From: Trichormus sp. ATA11-4-KO1
Lineage (GTDB): Bacteria; Cyanobacteriota; Cyanobacteriia; Cyanobacteriales; Nostocaceae
DNA length: 64,000 bases
Assembly: GCA_019358915.1 (NCBI GenBank)
Contig: JAHHIM010000026.1
Span: 1-64,000 of the forward strand
Reading direction: 5' to 3'
Position 1 is the stretch's first letter. Every line of letters begins with the position of its first letter. Positions 62,345 through 64,000 of the stretch are shown piece by piece. The notes under the pieces are model-generated. The model did no database searches. It saw nothing but the letters and a program-made list of their open reading frames with translations, and was not told the DNA's origin. The position numbers and the translations under genes are program-made.

Positions 62345-62997
62345 CCCACATTCCGCACTTCAAATTGAAGTGCAAAGAGATTACATCAAGAGAAAAGCAA
62401 ATAATATTTTTGACAAGATGATGGCAGACAATTCAAAATAAAATTGCGTTCTGATGTTAAATTAATAATTTGATTAACACCATTTAAAGTCAAAAGATGA
62501 ATTCCTTGAAAACATTGAAATACCCATCTTAATGTCGGAGAAAATGTTAGCTTACCTAGTTAATTTTTAATGCCTATTTTGATTCTTTTTAACCTATTTC
62601 TCAGTTCCCTTTGTCCAAGGTTATAAACTAACAAGCACAAAGACATTAAAAATAACATTGTCTCGATTCGTTCAGGGTTTTCTACAAATAAACTATTGGC
62701 AAAAAATAAAGAGTCTTTTAAAAATCTAAATCCTCTCTCACAAGACTGTTGATTTTTATAATTTTTCAGAATTTCTTCTGGCTCTAACTGATTCTCATCA
62801 ACTAAATTAGTTGCTAAAATAAATCTTCCAGCTTCTTTTCTTCGTATTTCTATCTCTTCTGGTTTTTCATAATCCATTCCTGATATTTTATAAATAATCT
62901 TACCGGCTTACTTAAAGCTTCTAAGTCTTTTTATTTACTCGTATCAGAGCCGATTTGCGTAATGTTTTGTACTACATTATGAAGTGCGGAATGTGGG
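62345..62997 (-). mobile_element. Internally deleted IS1634-family element
   Basis: 18-bp perfect TIRs CCCACATTCCGCACTTCA / TGAAGTGCGGAATGTGGG; transposase C-terminal remnant GRFILATN...ERGFRFLKD...KN*LGKLT..PTLRWVFQCFQGIH. Confidence 0.9.
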
Positions 62998-63176
62998 CTA
63001 AAAGCTCTTTGTAGCGGGGGTAGACTTGTTCGCTTTGATCTTACACTTAAATAAGTAAGATATTGATAGTTATATATTTAGCCAAATCAATAAAATTTTG
63101 CTATAAATATAGCAATAATATTATTTTTCACTTTAGTTAATAAGTGCCAAATAATAGCTCTGAAATTGAGATAATA

Positions 63177-64000
63177 ATGAATGTTAAACCAATAAAAATA
63201 TTATTAGTTGATAATAACCCTCAAGACCTGAAAATTTTATTTAATATCCTCACAGGTCAAGGTTATCAAGTAAAACAAGCTACTTTTGGACAACAGATAA
63301 TTAATACAGTACTGGATACAGCGCCAGATATGATATTCCTTGACATTTTCATGCCCGAAATTGATAGCTATAATATTTGTCAACATTTAAAAGCCGAAAA
63401 AACAACTCAAGATATCCCAATAATTGCGATTATTAGTACAGATAAATTAGCGGAAAAAGCAAAATACTTTCAATTAGGTATTGTTGATTATATTACTAAA
63501 CCCTTGTGTTATGAAGAAATTTTAGTACGTGTACAAAATCAACTCACTATTCAAAAGCTGCAAAAACAAGCAAGTGCCCAACTAGATAAACAAAATCTCC
63601 AACTGCAACAAGAAATTCACCAACGGCTCTTGGTAGAAAGTGCTCTAAAAGCCAGTGAAAATAAATATCGTCAACTAGTAGAAACATTCCCAGACATAAT
63701 TTGGTCGGTGGACGTATCTGGGCGAATTACCTTTGTTAACCCTGCTGTCCAACAGCTTTTTGGTTATCAGCCCCAAGAAATGATTGGGTATTATGGAGTT
63801 GATTTCATCTTGCCTGAACAAGTAGCTCAGACTCAAATCATGTTTGAGCAGCTGCTGAATGAAGAACCAGTCTTTCGGTATGAAGCTACTGGGATAGCTA
63901 AAAATGGTCATCATCTGGATTTGATGCTGAATGCGATCGCCTTACGTAATGAAGCAGGTTTAGTTATCGGAGCAATAGGCACAGCTAGCAACATCACAGA
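63177..64000 (+). CDS. Receiver plus PAS domain signalling protein, 5' part (runs off window; absent from ORF track)
   Basis: MNVKPIKILLVDNN...PDMIFLDIFMP...DYITKP, coiled coil, SENKYRQLVETFPDIIW...FVNPA PAS domain. Confidence 0.88.
   Translation, partial: MNVKPIKILLVDNNPQDLKILFNILTGQGYQVKQATFGQQIINTVLDTAPDMIFLDIFMPEIDSYNICQHLKAEKTTQDIPIIAIISTDKLAEKAKYFQLGIVDYITKPLCYEEILVRVQNQLTIQKLQKQASAQLDKQNLQLQQEIHQRLLVESALKASENKYRQLVETFPDIIWSVDVSGRITFVNPAVQQLFGYQPQEMIGYYGVDFILPEQVAQTQIMFEQLLNEEPVFRYEATGIAKNGHHLDLMLNAIALRNEAGLVIGAIGTASNIT

Overview
Chromosomal window from a cyanobacterium, most likely a heterocyst-forming Nostocales. This is inferred from abundant HIP1 GCGATCGC, heptamer STRR arrays, SDR-type micro-repeats and Nostoc-like proteins. 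The backbone is housekeeping: psbA 3' end, recR, xseAB, spp, ruvA, bioF, rubredoxin, lpxD, acpP-fabF-tkt, rsmB, psb35, ndhP, sucC/sucD-like, rnb, rpsR-rpmG, moeA. Accessory material sits in several patches. (i) A decayed AT-rich island at about 8.9-18.7 kb holds gene and IS fragments, MITEs, a serine-recombinase remnant and two intact large genes (a TerB-like/dynamin-like GTPase fusion and a 442-aa helical protein) separated by a group II intron remnant. This pair is my best candidate for an undescribed system, possibly anti-phage. (ii) A BamHI-family restriction-modification locus has an HTH_17 regulator upstream of the methylase and two readable promoters. (iii) There are two toxin-antitoxin pairs, an ABC-2 exporter inserted between sucC and sucD, an ArsR-CDF metal cassette and a deleted IS1634. 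Other points: the SucD homologue lacks its catalytic His/Glu, recR may start at ACG, and micro-repeats are inserted in frame in core genes. No CRISPR array, rRNA or tRNA was seen. All family assignments come from motif recognition by eye; no database search was run.
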